A DNA stretch of 64,000 bases from a virus, in IMG/VR virus record IMGVR_UViG_3300045922_000167, positions 26,889-90,888 of that record; one strand, given 5' to 3'. The translations under genes and the position numbers were made by a program. A model generated the notes under the pieces. The model did not search any database, had not been told where the DNA came from, and saw only the letters and a list, made by a program, of their open reading frames with translations. Positions 10,386 through 18,110 of the stretch are shown here, one piece after another (position 1 is the stretch's first letter; every line of letters begins with the position of its first letter).

Positions 10386-10574
10386 ATACGTCTCCCCGTA
10401 CAGTACCGTCTTTGTATTTACACCCCCGTACTTAAATACTATTATTTACGTCCCCGTAGGGGTAGTACAAAAATTTATTTCTACGTAGGATTACGTTAGC
10501 TTACGTTCCTAACGTAGGATTTCGTAGGATTTCGTAAAAAATGTAATGTACGCAGAAAATGTAATGTACGCAGA
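10386..10574. repeat. repeat cluster at the strand-divergence point (candidate origin, pac site or genome end)
   Basis: CCCCGTA at 10394, 10424, 10452; CGTAGGATT at 10484, 10513, 10523; tandem AAAATGTAATGTACGCAG at 10538 and 10556. Confidence 0.75.
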
Positions 10575-10633
10575 CGGAGGTTGACCCCTTAACAACCTCC
10601 CCCCCGAGCTTTAGCGGTAATTAAAATTAAGGT

Positions 10634-10930
10634 ATGAACCAAGAACCACAACCAAAAGTTGTGTTCAACGTGGAAACCTTGAATAAACTTCTCGCTGTAA
10701 GCGAGAGGTATACTCAAGGCGTTCCCGTGAACGCAGAAGTGGTAATTCGTGGTAGCAGGGGGTTCAAGATGCTGTCTGCGGACGGCATTTTGGCGCTCCC
10801 AGCGCCCACAATGCCACAGGAGATGTTGATCGCAGGGGAGACCCTACCCTGCGTATTTAAGGAAATTGGGGGCACGATTCGTGCCTCCCTTGATGTAGAG
10901 GCAGCACGGGCTGCTACATCAAGCAAGTAG
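10634..10930 (+). CDS. first early gene, hypothetical protein
   Basis: 98 aa, higher GC than the genome, followed by a strong terminator. Confidence 0.7.
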   Translation: MNQEPQPKVVFNVETLNKLLAVSERYTQGVPVNAEVVIRGSRGFKMLSADGILALPAPTMPQEMLIAGETLPCVFKEIGGTIRASLDVEAARAATSSK

Positions 10931-10943
10931 CCCGTGCATTGTC

Positions 10944-10976
10944 AACCCCCCGAGCTTCGGCAAGGGGGGTTTTTAT
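10944..10976 (+). terminator. intrinsic terminator
   Basis: AACCCCCC-loop-GGGGGGTT then T tract. Confidence 0.75.
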
Positions 10977-11158
10977 TGTTAACATCATAACATGTGTTCA
11001 CCACATTCGTTATGATGTTCGTTTTCGTAGCAATTAAAATACATATCATAACATGTATTTTAATTGGCCACCAAACACACGGGATGTGTGTCGTTACTCT
11101 TACGTAAAAGAGAGTTTATGCCAAGTTCACTTAAAACTGGCAATAAAATCTACCATTA

Positions 11159-11488
11159 ATGGCTAGATATTTATTAATCATCGCTGCCATGTTGCTGATA
11201 GTTGCATGCGAGTCGGAGCACGAACTCCGCTTGCGTGAGCTGTCGGCAGTAGCTGACAAGCTGTCAAGTCTCGACAGCGCTGAGTTTCAGACTGAGATTA
11301 CAAATCTCAAGTCCGAAATGTGGCGCTACGAGGCAAAGGCGGAAAGGCTCGACTCTTTGTTCGAGCACACGCCTAATGACAGAGCCAGAGTCGAGCTTAG
11401 AGAAGAAGCTGAAAGGCTTCGTCTCGAAGCCAGCTATTCAAGGTATCTCCTTGATTTAGCTGAGACTCGCTGGGCTATTCGTCAGTAG
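11159..11488 (+). CDS. predicted lipoprotein with coiled coil
   Basis: Signal MARYLLIIAAMLLIVA-C with lipobox-like Cys; helical E/R/L-rich body. Confidence 0.65.
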   Translation: MARYLLIIAAMLLIVACESEHELRLRELSAVADKLSSLDSAEFQTEITNLKSEMWRYEAKAERLDSLFEHTPNDRARVELREEAERLRLEASYSRYLLDLAETRWAIRQ

Positions 11489-11499
11489 CGTAGCAGCGG

Positions 11500-11700
11500 A
11501 GTCCTAACTAAGCCTGAGGGATTCGGGTGAGGGTTAGGTGCAGTGAGCGACCACTGTATAAATCAGAGTCGCAACGGAGCAATGACTCCATCCAACAGCC
11601 CACCACACGTAAGTGTGGTGGTGCGATGTTGGTAGCTCTCAGTGGTAGATGAGAGAGCATAAAAAATTCGTCTCCCAGCGCTGGACTGATTTCCAGTAAT
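11500..11700 (+). ncRNA. candidate structured RNA (multi-hairpin)
   Basis: Stems 11503-08/11533-38, 11547-51/11568-72, 11592-11608/11613-32 with GTAA (GNRA) loop, 11635-40/11653-58; no ORF. Confidence 0.45.
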
Positions 11701-11719
11701 TATTTTTAATTAAAAAAAA

Positions 11720-11914
11720 ATGAAATATATCTTCAAGTCAAACTTTGGGTGCGATGACACGCACCTAACATACGAGAAAGCCCTTGAATACTTAAAAGAA
11801 TGCGGAATAGAAAAGCCGCAAATGGAATTAAAAAATTTGAGGCAAAGAAAAATAAGGTTTATAGCACTAAGCATAAGTGACTTTTTTGGTCACCTTCGCA
11901 ATATAGACGATTAG
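11720..11914 (+). CDS. hypothetical early protein
   Basis: 64 aa, strong A-rich translation-initiation region. Confidence 0.65.
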   Translation: MKYIFKSNFGCDDTHLTYEKALEYLKECGIEKPQMELKNLRQRKIRFIALSISDFFGHLRNIDD

Positions 11915-12120
11915 TAACCGTCTATGTTGCAGGGAGTATTTTAATAGTTTTCACTCTCTAAATCAAGAAAACTATTCAAGGTTGGTGAATGCCCCGCAAG
12001 GGGCTAACCTTGTAAATATCTCACCATCTTGACGTAACGTGCAAGCGTCAAGATTATAAAGCACAACCCTGTATCAGGTTTAGGGGTGTTTACTGGTACA
12101 GGGTTCATCAAAACACCCAT
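11898..12120 (+). ncRNA. candidate structured RNA (five hairpins, last one a pseudoknot)
   Basis: Stems 11898/11930, 11943/11976, 11977/12012 (GCAA loop), 12026/12054, 12065/12105; loop GGGTGTTT complementary to AAACACCC 12111-12118. Confidence 0.5.
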
Positions 12121-12140
12121 TATTTTAATTTTAAAAAAAA

Positions 12141-12419
12141 ATGGAAAAGACAATAAAACTTACTTCAGATGATTTGGTGGAGCTAATCCACCAAACCCAA
12201 ATGGACCTGCACAAACTCCATCTGGGAAAAGTCCTGAAATTGGAAATTATTCCGTTCAAACAGGCTTGCGAAGGCGAAAGGATAGCCTTCGAACCGTACA
12301 AAAGATACGGAAATTCGCTTATTTTATTGACAGAAGTAAACCAAGAAGAGGTCCACCTCACAATAAAAAAGCGAACCAAACTAATTCGCTTGGTGTACGA
12401 GCGAATTATTATAGACTAA
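12141..12419 (+). CDS. hypothetical early protein
   Basis: 92 aa, A-rich start region. Confidence 0.65.
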   Translation: MEKTIKLTSDDLVELIHQTQMDLHKLHLGKVLKLEIIPFKQACEGERIAFEPYKRYGNSLILLTEVNQEEVHLTIKKRTKLIRLVYERIIID

Positions 12420-12499
12420 AATAAAATCAAGTACGTTAATCAGCTCTCGGTACTACCGCAGAATTGATTAACGTGCTTGACGTTTATTTAATTTAACAT

Positions 12500-12703
12500 A
12501 TGCAAACCTTTAGTATAGATTTAACCAAATTCTTGAAGGAATTTGGGATTATTGAAAAAAAAGAAATTGCTGAATTCGAGAATTTCAGCAATTTCTTTTT
12601 TAACTCTATGGCTGGGGATGGTTTTTCCATCTCAAGCCAAAATGAGTTGGAGTCCCAAGTCAAAGCCCTCGTGGCGGCTTGGGCTTATCTGAAGCAACAG
12701 TAA
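12500..12703 (+). CDS. hypothetical early protein
   Basis: 67 aa, followed by a terminator. Confidence 0.6.
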   Translation: MQTFSIDLTKFLKEFGIIEKKEIAEFENFSNFFFNSMAGDGFSISSQNELESQVKALVAAWAYLKQQ

Positions 12704-12705
12704 AA

Positions 12706-12749
12706 AACTACGCTAACAGTGACAGGGTTAGCGTAGTTATATTTTTTTT
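12706..12749 (+). terminator. intrinsic terminator
   Basis: AACTACGCTAAC-loop-GTTAGCGTAGTT then T tract. Confidence 0.65.
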
Positions 12750-12755
12750 ACAGCT

Positions 12756-13067
12756 ATGAAAAAACTGATAAACCTTACTGGACATGACGTAGTCATTAAC
12801 GGTGAGATAATTGAACCTCGATTGAGATTAAGAGTAGAATTTGAAAAAACCTACGTTGACGGCTTATATGTCTTTCAAATTAAAGACAATACGCCTAAAC
12901 AACGTGAGGGTGTGTTATACATAGTTAGCGAAAAATACGCTAGTGTATTTAGGAGAAAAGATATAGTATTTCCAGTCAACCAATTACGTGACATTAACAA
13001 TAAAGTCATAGCGTGTGGGGGATTAGGATACTATAAAAGAATGAGACCAGAAAAAACATCTGGTTGA
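12756..13067 (+). CDS. NL(T)xH-family small protein, paralog 1
   Basis: INLTGH...GVLYIVS...RKD...RDINNKVIAC. Confidence 0.7.
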   Translation: MKKLINLTGHDVVINGEIIEPRLRLRVEFEKTYVDGLYVFQIKDNTPKQREGVLYIVSEKYASVFRRKDIVFPVNQLRDINNKVIACGGLGYYKRMRPEKTSG

Positions 13068-13149
13068 TTATGTTTGATAAATCTCTATCATGCAGAGATG
13101 ATAAATGTATGACGTGTCGGAACAACGAAAGAGTTCTATGTGTTATCTT

Positions 13150-13187
13150 AACCCCTCAACGTAGTGCACGGCGTTGGGGGATTTTTA
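13150..13187 (+). terminator. intrinsic terminator-like hairpin
   Basis: CCCCTCAACG-loop-CGTTGGGGG followed by ATTTTT. Confidence 0.5.
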
Positions 13188-13228
13188 ATCCTCTCTGTGC
13201 AACCACTGAGTGTTAATATCTTATTTCT

Positions 13229-13741
13229 ATGTGTGTAAAGATAAATAACAGATTAAGTTCCTACGAAGCCTACGTTAGGAACGTAAGGAACTTACTAATA
13301 GCTATACTCATCCTGTGTTCTTGTCGCCCATGCGAAAGGAACGTCAGGAACGATGTTATTCCTGTTAGTACTCAGTGTGAGATAAGAGAGATTAAAAATT
13401 TTATAGAATTAAAACATATCCTACAACGTTATGATATACCTTGTCAGGATATGTTCGTGAAAATAGCTATGTACGAAAGTGCATGGTTAAGTAGTAGTTT
13501 ACATGTTACGTACAATAATTCATTCGGTTGGTGTTATACTGAACATGAAGATATTTGTGCTAACGTGTATGGTAGCGCTCATTTTGCTTCTTACGAAAAG
13601 CAATTTGAGTTCATGGTTAAATGGGTTAACTTAAATCCTAAACGTCCCACCGAATCGTGTGAGGACTACTTTAGGAGAAGACATTACAATGTCGTTAACC
13701 CTAATTATTACAACATTTTAAGTAAAATCATAATCAATTAA
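13229..13741 (+). CDS. glucosaminidase/lysozyme-like (GH73-like) protein with N-terminal anchor
   Basis: IAMYESAWLSS...NNSFGW...FASYE...Y...NYY pattern of GH73-type muramidases; hydrophobic LLIAILILCSC segment. Confidence 0.55.
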   Translation: MCVKINNRLSSYEAYVRNVRNLLIAILILCSCRPCERNVRNDVIPVSTQCEIREIKNFIELKHILQRYDIPCQDMFVKIAMYESAWLSSSLHVTYNNSFGWCYTEHEDICANVYGSAHFASYEKQFEFMVKWVNLNPKRPTESCEDYFRRRHYNVVNPNYYNILSKIIIN

Positions 13742-13746
13742 ATAAA

Positions 13747-14085
13747 ATGGAAAATATTCACAAAATAATCAATTTAACTCCCCACGTTATAAACGTGGTG
13801 GAGGATGACAAAATTATATTAACGTTACCACCTAGCGGCACTGTCGCTAGGGTTAAAACCGAAGAGTACGTCATAGGCGTACTCAATAAAACGGTATGTA
13901 TTTATGAGATAGAATTAGAGGAAGTCTACGGACTTCCTGAACCAGAAAAGGACACATTTTACATTGTGTCCTTAATAACGGCACAAAGCTTGAAAGGCGT
14001 CAGAAATGACATTTTAGTCACGCACGGAGCAATCCGTGATAGTAACGGCAATGTAATTGGCTGCAAGGGCTTTGCTCGTGTGTAG
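13747..14085 (+). CDS. NL(T)xH-family small protein, paralog 2
   Basis: INLTPH...LPPSGTVARV...GLPEPEKDTFYIVS...RND...IRDSNGNVIGCKGF. Confidence 0.75.
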   Translation: MENIHKIINLTPHVINVVEDDKIILTLPPSGTVARVKTEEYVIGVLNKTVCIYEIELEEVYGLPEPEKDTFYIVSLITAQSLKGVRNDILVTHGAIRDSNGNVIGCKGFARV

Positions 14086-14104
14086 CCTATATATATGATG
14101 TATA

Positions 14105-14147
14105 AAATAAGCCAAAGGACTTTACGTTCTTTGGCTTATTTGTTTTT
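14105..14147 (+). terminator. intrinsic terminator
   Basis: AAATAAGCCAAAGGAC-loop-GTTCTTTGGCTTATTT plus T tract. Confidence 0.65.
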
Positions 14148-14158
14148 AAAGTGTTAAG

Positions 14159-14311
14159 ATGAAAGAAAACAAAAATAGTAAGTTTTTCAACTTACTTGTG
14201 AAAAAATACCCTAACGTACCCAGGAGTGTACTTAGGTGTATTTACGATTACTCCTATAACATAAAAGAACAATTAATCTTAATTTACAATATTTACAATG
14301 ACAGTCATTAA
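14159..14311 (+). CDS. small hypothetical protein (50 aa, below track cutoff)
   Basis: MKENKNSKFFNLLVKKYP... fills the gap and overlaps the next start. Confidence 0.45.
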   Translation: MKENKNSKFFNLLVKKYPNVPRSVLRCIYDYSYNIKEQLILIYNIYNDSH

Positions 14312-14537
14312 AAAAATTAATTTCAAAAAACAACAAATTGTAGCTTCAAACGTAAGCTACACGTTGTTTGAATACCACAACGAGGTGTGCAACATAATGG
14401 GCGCTGCTGGCTGCCCCAAAGCAGAATTACCAGCGCTTGGTGATGTTGTGTCCTACTTCGATCTATACGAACTATATGGATCGTATGACCCACAAAAATG
14501 TGCAGTAATTTTGTTAAAAAAGAAACTTTACATATAA
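14298..14537 (+). CDS. hypothetical protein
   Basis: 79 aa; stop overlaps next ATG (TAATG). Confidence 0.6.
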   Translation: MTVIKKINFKKQQIVASNVSYTLFEYHNEVCNIMGAAGCPKAELPALGDVVSYFDLYELYGSYDPQKCAVILLKKKLYI

Positions 14538-14749
14538 TGGGTCTGTATCTGTGGAATGTAAAAAAAGAAAACAATACTTACGAAACCAAGTATTGTGATC
14601 TGCGACACATAGTATCCTTAGTAAAAAAGGAACTAATCTTAAAAGCTCAAACCGTTTTAGACGGTGTGATAGTTACAGTAAAACATGAAAATGATGAAAA
14701 CGATGAAAATGATAAATCTACTCCAGCACAACATCAAAATGCTGGATGA
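14537..14749 (+). CDS. hypothetical protein
   Basis: Translationally coupled start ATG 14537 (MGLYLWNV...). Confidence 0.5.
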   Translation: MGLYLWNVKKENNTYETKYCDLRHIVSLVKKELILKAQTVLDGVIVTVKHENDENDENDKSTPAQHQNAG

Positions 14750-15038
14750 AAATCTGCAAATAAGACAAGAAATCCCATCTGAGGGATTAGCATGGGTAGA
14801 GCAACGTTATCTGATTAAAGATAACGTTGCTGGTGTTCCCGTACTTGATGTTGAGTACGGTAATATTAGCGGCCTTCCAGAGCCGCAAGATGGCGTTGTG
14901 TATATCGTTAACGGATTAGTAGCAGCTGTTGCTGCTGCTAGAGGTCGGAATGACGTGTATTCTGTACACGTTCAGAAAAATAATAAGAAGATTATCGGGG
15001 TTAAAAGCCTCGTACTACCGCAAAAACTAATATTTTAA
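14709..15038 (+). CDS. NL(T)xH-family small protein, paralog 3
   Basis: MINLLQH...IPSEGLAWV...GLPEPQDGVVYIVN...RND...KIIGVKSL; exact start (14685-14709) uncertain. Confidence 0.7.
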   Translation: MINLLQHNIKMLDENLQIRQEIPSEGLAWVEQRYLIKDNVAGVPVLDVEYGNISGLPEPQDGVVYIVNGLVAAVAAARGRNDVYSVHVQKNNKKIIGVKSLVLPQKLIF

Positions 15039-15046
15039 TTAATAAC

Positions 15047-17512
15047 ATGTTAAAGTTTAAGAGTAAAAAAGAGGCGTACGAATGGAGACGCCAATACCAG
15101 TCGATCTATTACGAGCATACTGGTAATAAATTTTATACAAAAAACCCCTTACATTCAAGGGGATACGTAGGTATAGAGGTGAGATTTTATGCTCACCATA
15201 GTCACGGATTAAATGTAAGAGGGTTATTCAAAAGTAAAATAGAGGAATGCCCTCTATTGTTTAATAACATTCCCAAAATTGAATTAGATTATAAAGATTT
15301 AGAAATATCTAAATCTTGGAACTTGGAAAGAAACCAATTAAGTATTGGTTTCAATCCAAGACAAATTATTGAATTATTAGAAAACCATCAAATAACTCGA
15401 GATGATCTCGAGTTTTTAATATTCGAGGTAGAAGTAGGAGCTGCGTTCTCTCGAGAATATAGTTTCTATTACAAGGACAAAAGTGAACAAGAATTTGAAG
15501 ATCAAGCAATCAAAGATTTTCAAAACCAATTACCAAAAGCATGTTACAACATGAAACCCATGTTGCTTGCTTTACGTGATACTGACCGTGTAGCTTTATT
15601 TAAAACCCCAGACAGAAATAAGAATGGGGAAAAGAAGAGTTATACTTATATGGAGATATGGCATAACCATTGCCATTTACTCCCTAAAGCTAGCAAAGGG
15701 GAGCTGAGACAATGTAATTATGACCAAATGAATTCTGATGAAAAAGAATTCGTAAATCATGTAAGTAATATTGTAAGTAAAACTTACAACATAGACGAAA
15801 CAAAATCGTCTATAGTAAGGTATGGTAATCGTATATTTAGTATTGCCTTCAAGGTAAATGTTGAAAGCAATCCTAACATACTAGTTCTTGCGGATGATTC
15901 TGCTATGTATAATCATCATAGCTACGATGTATCATTTAACGGTATAACTAAAGCTATGTACAGTCAACATGCTGTACTTAAAGCTGAGTTAGGTAGTCTG
16001 AAAGAACATAACAAAATTTCAGATAGTTTTATTTATGAAGCCTTAATAGGGCAAATTAAAACTAGCTGTTTTAACACACTTAGTAGAATATCTGAGTGTA
16101 AATATCAAGGAAGAGAAAATATCCTAAACTTAAAAGGATATCGTTCCATTGATTACAACCTAGCCAATCATGGAATTGCTATCCCTATGAGAGAAGACAT
16201 AAAAGACGACTTCATAGAAGAAGTCATCAAAAAAGTGTGCTTCTTTTCTTTGAGTAATAAAGCTGCTAGTACGATGTATTTAGCTCCTTACCAAAGAGAA
16301 GGTTATCAGAATTATAAAGTTATTGAAATAGAGGGCAGTAATGCTGTCTTAGGGTTTAAACATCAACCTACGCTTAACAAGAAATTGTTAGCGACAGACA
16401 ATTACAATCCTCTGGTAGACTTAAAAAACAGCGGTATGCTGTTTGACCTGGAGTATAATATAAGTTATTTACCAGATCTATGGTCAATAACTCATTATAT
16501 TATAAACTACTTGGTGAAACCGATATCTTTAAAACATTTTAAGAAAATGTTAAAAAAGGTATCCAACCAATTCAACATAACTAATGTTGATATAATTAAA
16601 GAATTCAACATTGGTAATGTTAATGCAGGTTTAATGTACAAAGCAATGTATTGGCTTTGTATGTTAGAAATACTAAAAGATCAAGACATTAAACCCATAA
16701 GTGTAAGCAGGCTAATAAATGACGTTGAATATTTTGAAGACGTCATAAATTTACCTCGTAATTCAAGCAATTTAGAAATTTATGCTCTAAGTGAAACAAG
16801 TTCAGAAAAACGCAAACAGTTTATTAAAGCTGCGTTTGAAAAAGAACAAGAATCACTTAAAGCAGAGTATGAAAAGTATATTGTACATGCTAGAATCAAA
16901 ATCTTCAACGAAGTTGTAAGACTTCAAGCAAAGAATGATTATAATAGCAGGTATAATGATCCAGTCCTAATTCTTTCCAACGGTAAGAATTTAGAAAAGT
17001 CAAACAATAAGTACAAAATAACCGAAGAAATACAAAAAGCCTATCAGGTGTATTTAGATAAATTTGGTTATTTATTGGAAGGAGAGTACGATATAGAAAC
17101 TTTAATTAATACCCACTACACAAACACTCACAATCCGCTATTAGACCATAACGAGTCTTATACGGATTTAAGTGAAGGTATAAGGTTTCATATTGACTAT
17201 GAGAACAAACGTGCGGTAACATCTAAAGGCATTATCGTAACGTTTGACAAGTTAAGGGAATACATCAAAAGTTTTTCTCAAAACCAGCCTATCGTAACAA
17301 CGTATGGCGTAGGTAAGATTGAGAACAACTATATTGCTATTGGATGCCATTTAATTCATTCCAGCCAAATAAAACATCTGTACGACAACATTCCTGACGT
17401 ACAAAACGTAGAGATCGACTGGAGTTTGTATGAAACGAAGTTCCCTATTCCTACTCTAATGTCTCTTGAAGAGTACATAGAGAGGAATAGTAAATACGCT
17501 AAATTGTTATAG
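15047..17512 (+). CDS. large hypothetical protein
   Basis: 821-aa ORF; C-term VTSKGIIV...IAIGCHLI motif seen in uncharacterised phage proteins. Confidence 0.7.
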   Translation: MLKFKSKKEAYEWRRQYQSIYYEHTGNKFYTKNPLHSRGYVGIEVRFYAHHSHGLNVRGLFKSKIEECPLLFNNIPKIELDYKDLEISKSWNLERNQLSIGFNPRQIIELLENHQITRDDLEFLIFEVEVGAAFSREYSFYYKDKSEQEFEDQAIKDFQNQLPKACYNMKPMLLALRDTDRVALFKTPDRNKNGEKKSYTYMEIWHNHCHLLPKASKGELRQCNYDQMNSDEKEFVNHVSNIVSKTYNIDETKSSIVRYGNRIFSIAFKVNVESNPNILVLADDSAMYNHHSYDVSFNGITKAMYSQHAVLKAELGSLKEHNKISDSFIYEALIGQIKTSCFNTLSRISECKYQGRENILNLKGYRSIDYNLANHGIAIPMREDIKDDFIEEVIKKVCFFSLSNKAASTMYLAPYQREGYQNYKVIEIEGSNAVLGFKHQPTLNKKLLATDNYNPLVDLKNSGMLFDLEYNISYLPDLWSITHYIINYLVKPISLKHFKKMLKKVSNQFNITNVDIIKEFNIGNVNAGLMYKAMYWLCMLEILKDQDIKPISVSRLINDVEYFEDVINLPRNSSNLEIYALSETSSEKRKQFIKAAFEKEQESLKAEYEKYIVHARIKIFNEVVRLQAKNDYNSRYNDPVLILSNGKNLEKSNNKYKITEEIQKAYQVYLDKFGYLLEGEYDIETLINTHYTNTHNPLLDHNESYTDLSEGIRFHIDYENKRAVTSKGIIVTFDKLREYIKSFSQNQPIVTTYGVGKIENNYIAIGCHLIHSSQIKHLYDNIPDVQNVEIDWSLYETKFPIPTLMSLEEYIERNSKYAKLL

Positions 17513-17564
17513 GGTTGTAGTCCTGAGCATGACTTTAAAAGGCTCATTTTTTTATTTTAACAAC

Positions 17565-18110
17565 ATGAAGCATTTAATTTTCCTCCTCTTACTCATCTCA
17601 CTGAGTTCTTGCGGAGTATTAGAAAAACGTTACTATAAAAGCTTAGTAACGTACGACAATTGCCTAAAGGTAGTTAATCCAGTTGTACTGGATATACCTT
17701 GTAAGGATACGATTATTACGCTGCCTACGTACAGTACGTTAATTAACGTACCTTTAAGAGATACGTTTATTGATAATACAATATGGTATCAATTACTAGA
17801 TTCTATTTTTACTTACAAAGATAGCTTAACTGAAGCTAAGTTATTGTATGATAAAACTACTAATAAGTTTAATCTATATGTACGACAACAGGAAAAAGCA
17901 TTTAAGGTAAAAGTAGCTGATGAATTAGCGTTATTAGACCAATACAACAGATTAAAACGTAACTATCAAATTTTATTAAACGATAGGAACGATTTAATCG
18001 CTCAACAAGCAAAAAAAGATGAAAAAAAGCTAACTAATTTAATTTATATAGCTGCTTTCATCTTGTCTTTGCTGATTATAGCTTTTATAACGTTTTACTT
18101 AAAACAATGA
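17565..18110 (+). CDS. lipoprotein with C-terminal TM helix (u-spanin-like architecture)
   Basis: MKHLIFLLLLISLSS-C lipobox; coiled coil; C-term LIYIAAFILSLLIIAFITFYL. Confidence 0.55.
   Translation: MKHLIFLLLLISLSSCGVLEKRYYKSLVTYDNCLKVVNPVVLDIPCKDTIITLPTYSTLINVPLRDTFIDNTIWYQLLDSIFTYKDSLTEAKLLYDKTTNKFNLYVRQQEKAFKVKVADELALLDQYNRLKRNYQILLNDRNDLIAQQAKKDEKKLTNLIYIAAFILSLLIIAFITFYLKQ

Noticed and set aside
11630-11700. tRNA gene (GTAGCTCTCAGTGGTAGA resembles a D-arm)
   Set aside because: No anticodon arm, TTCGA T-loop or acceptor stem follows
14685-14715. ATGAAAATG/ACG tandem 9-mers as a regulatory repeat
   Set aside because: Short low-complexity overlap of two ORFs; it only makes the start codon ambiguous
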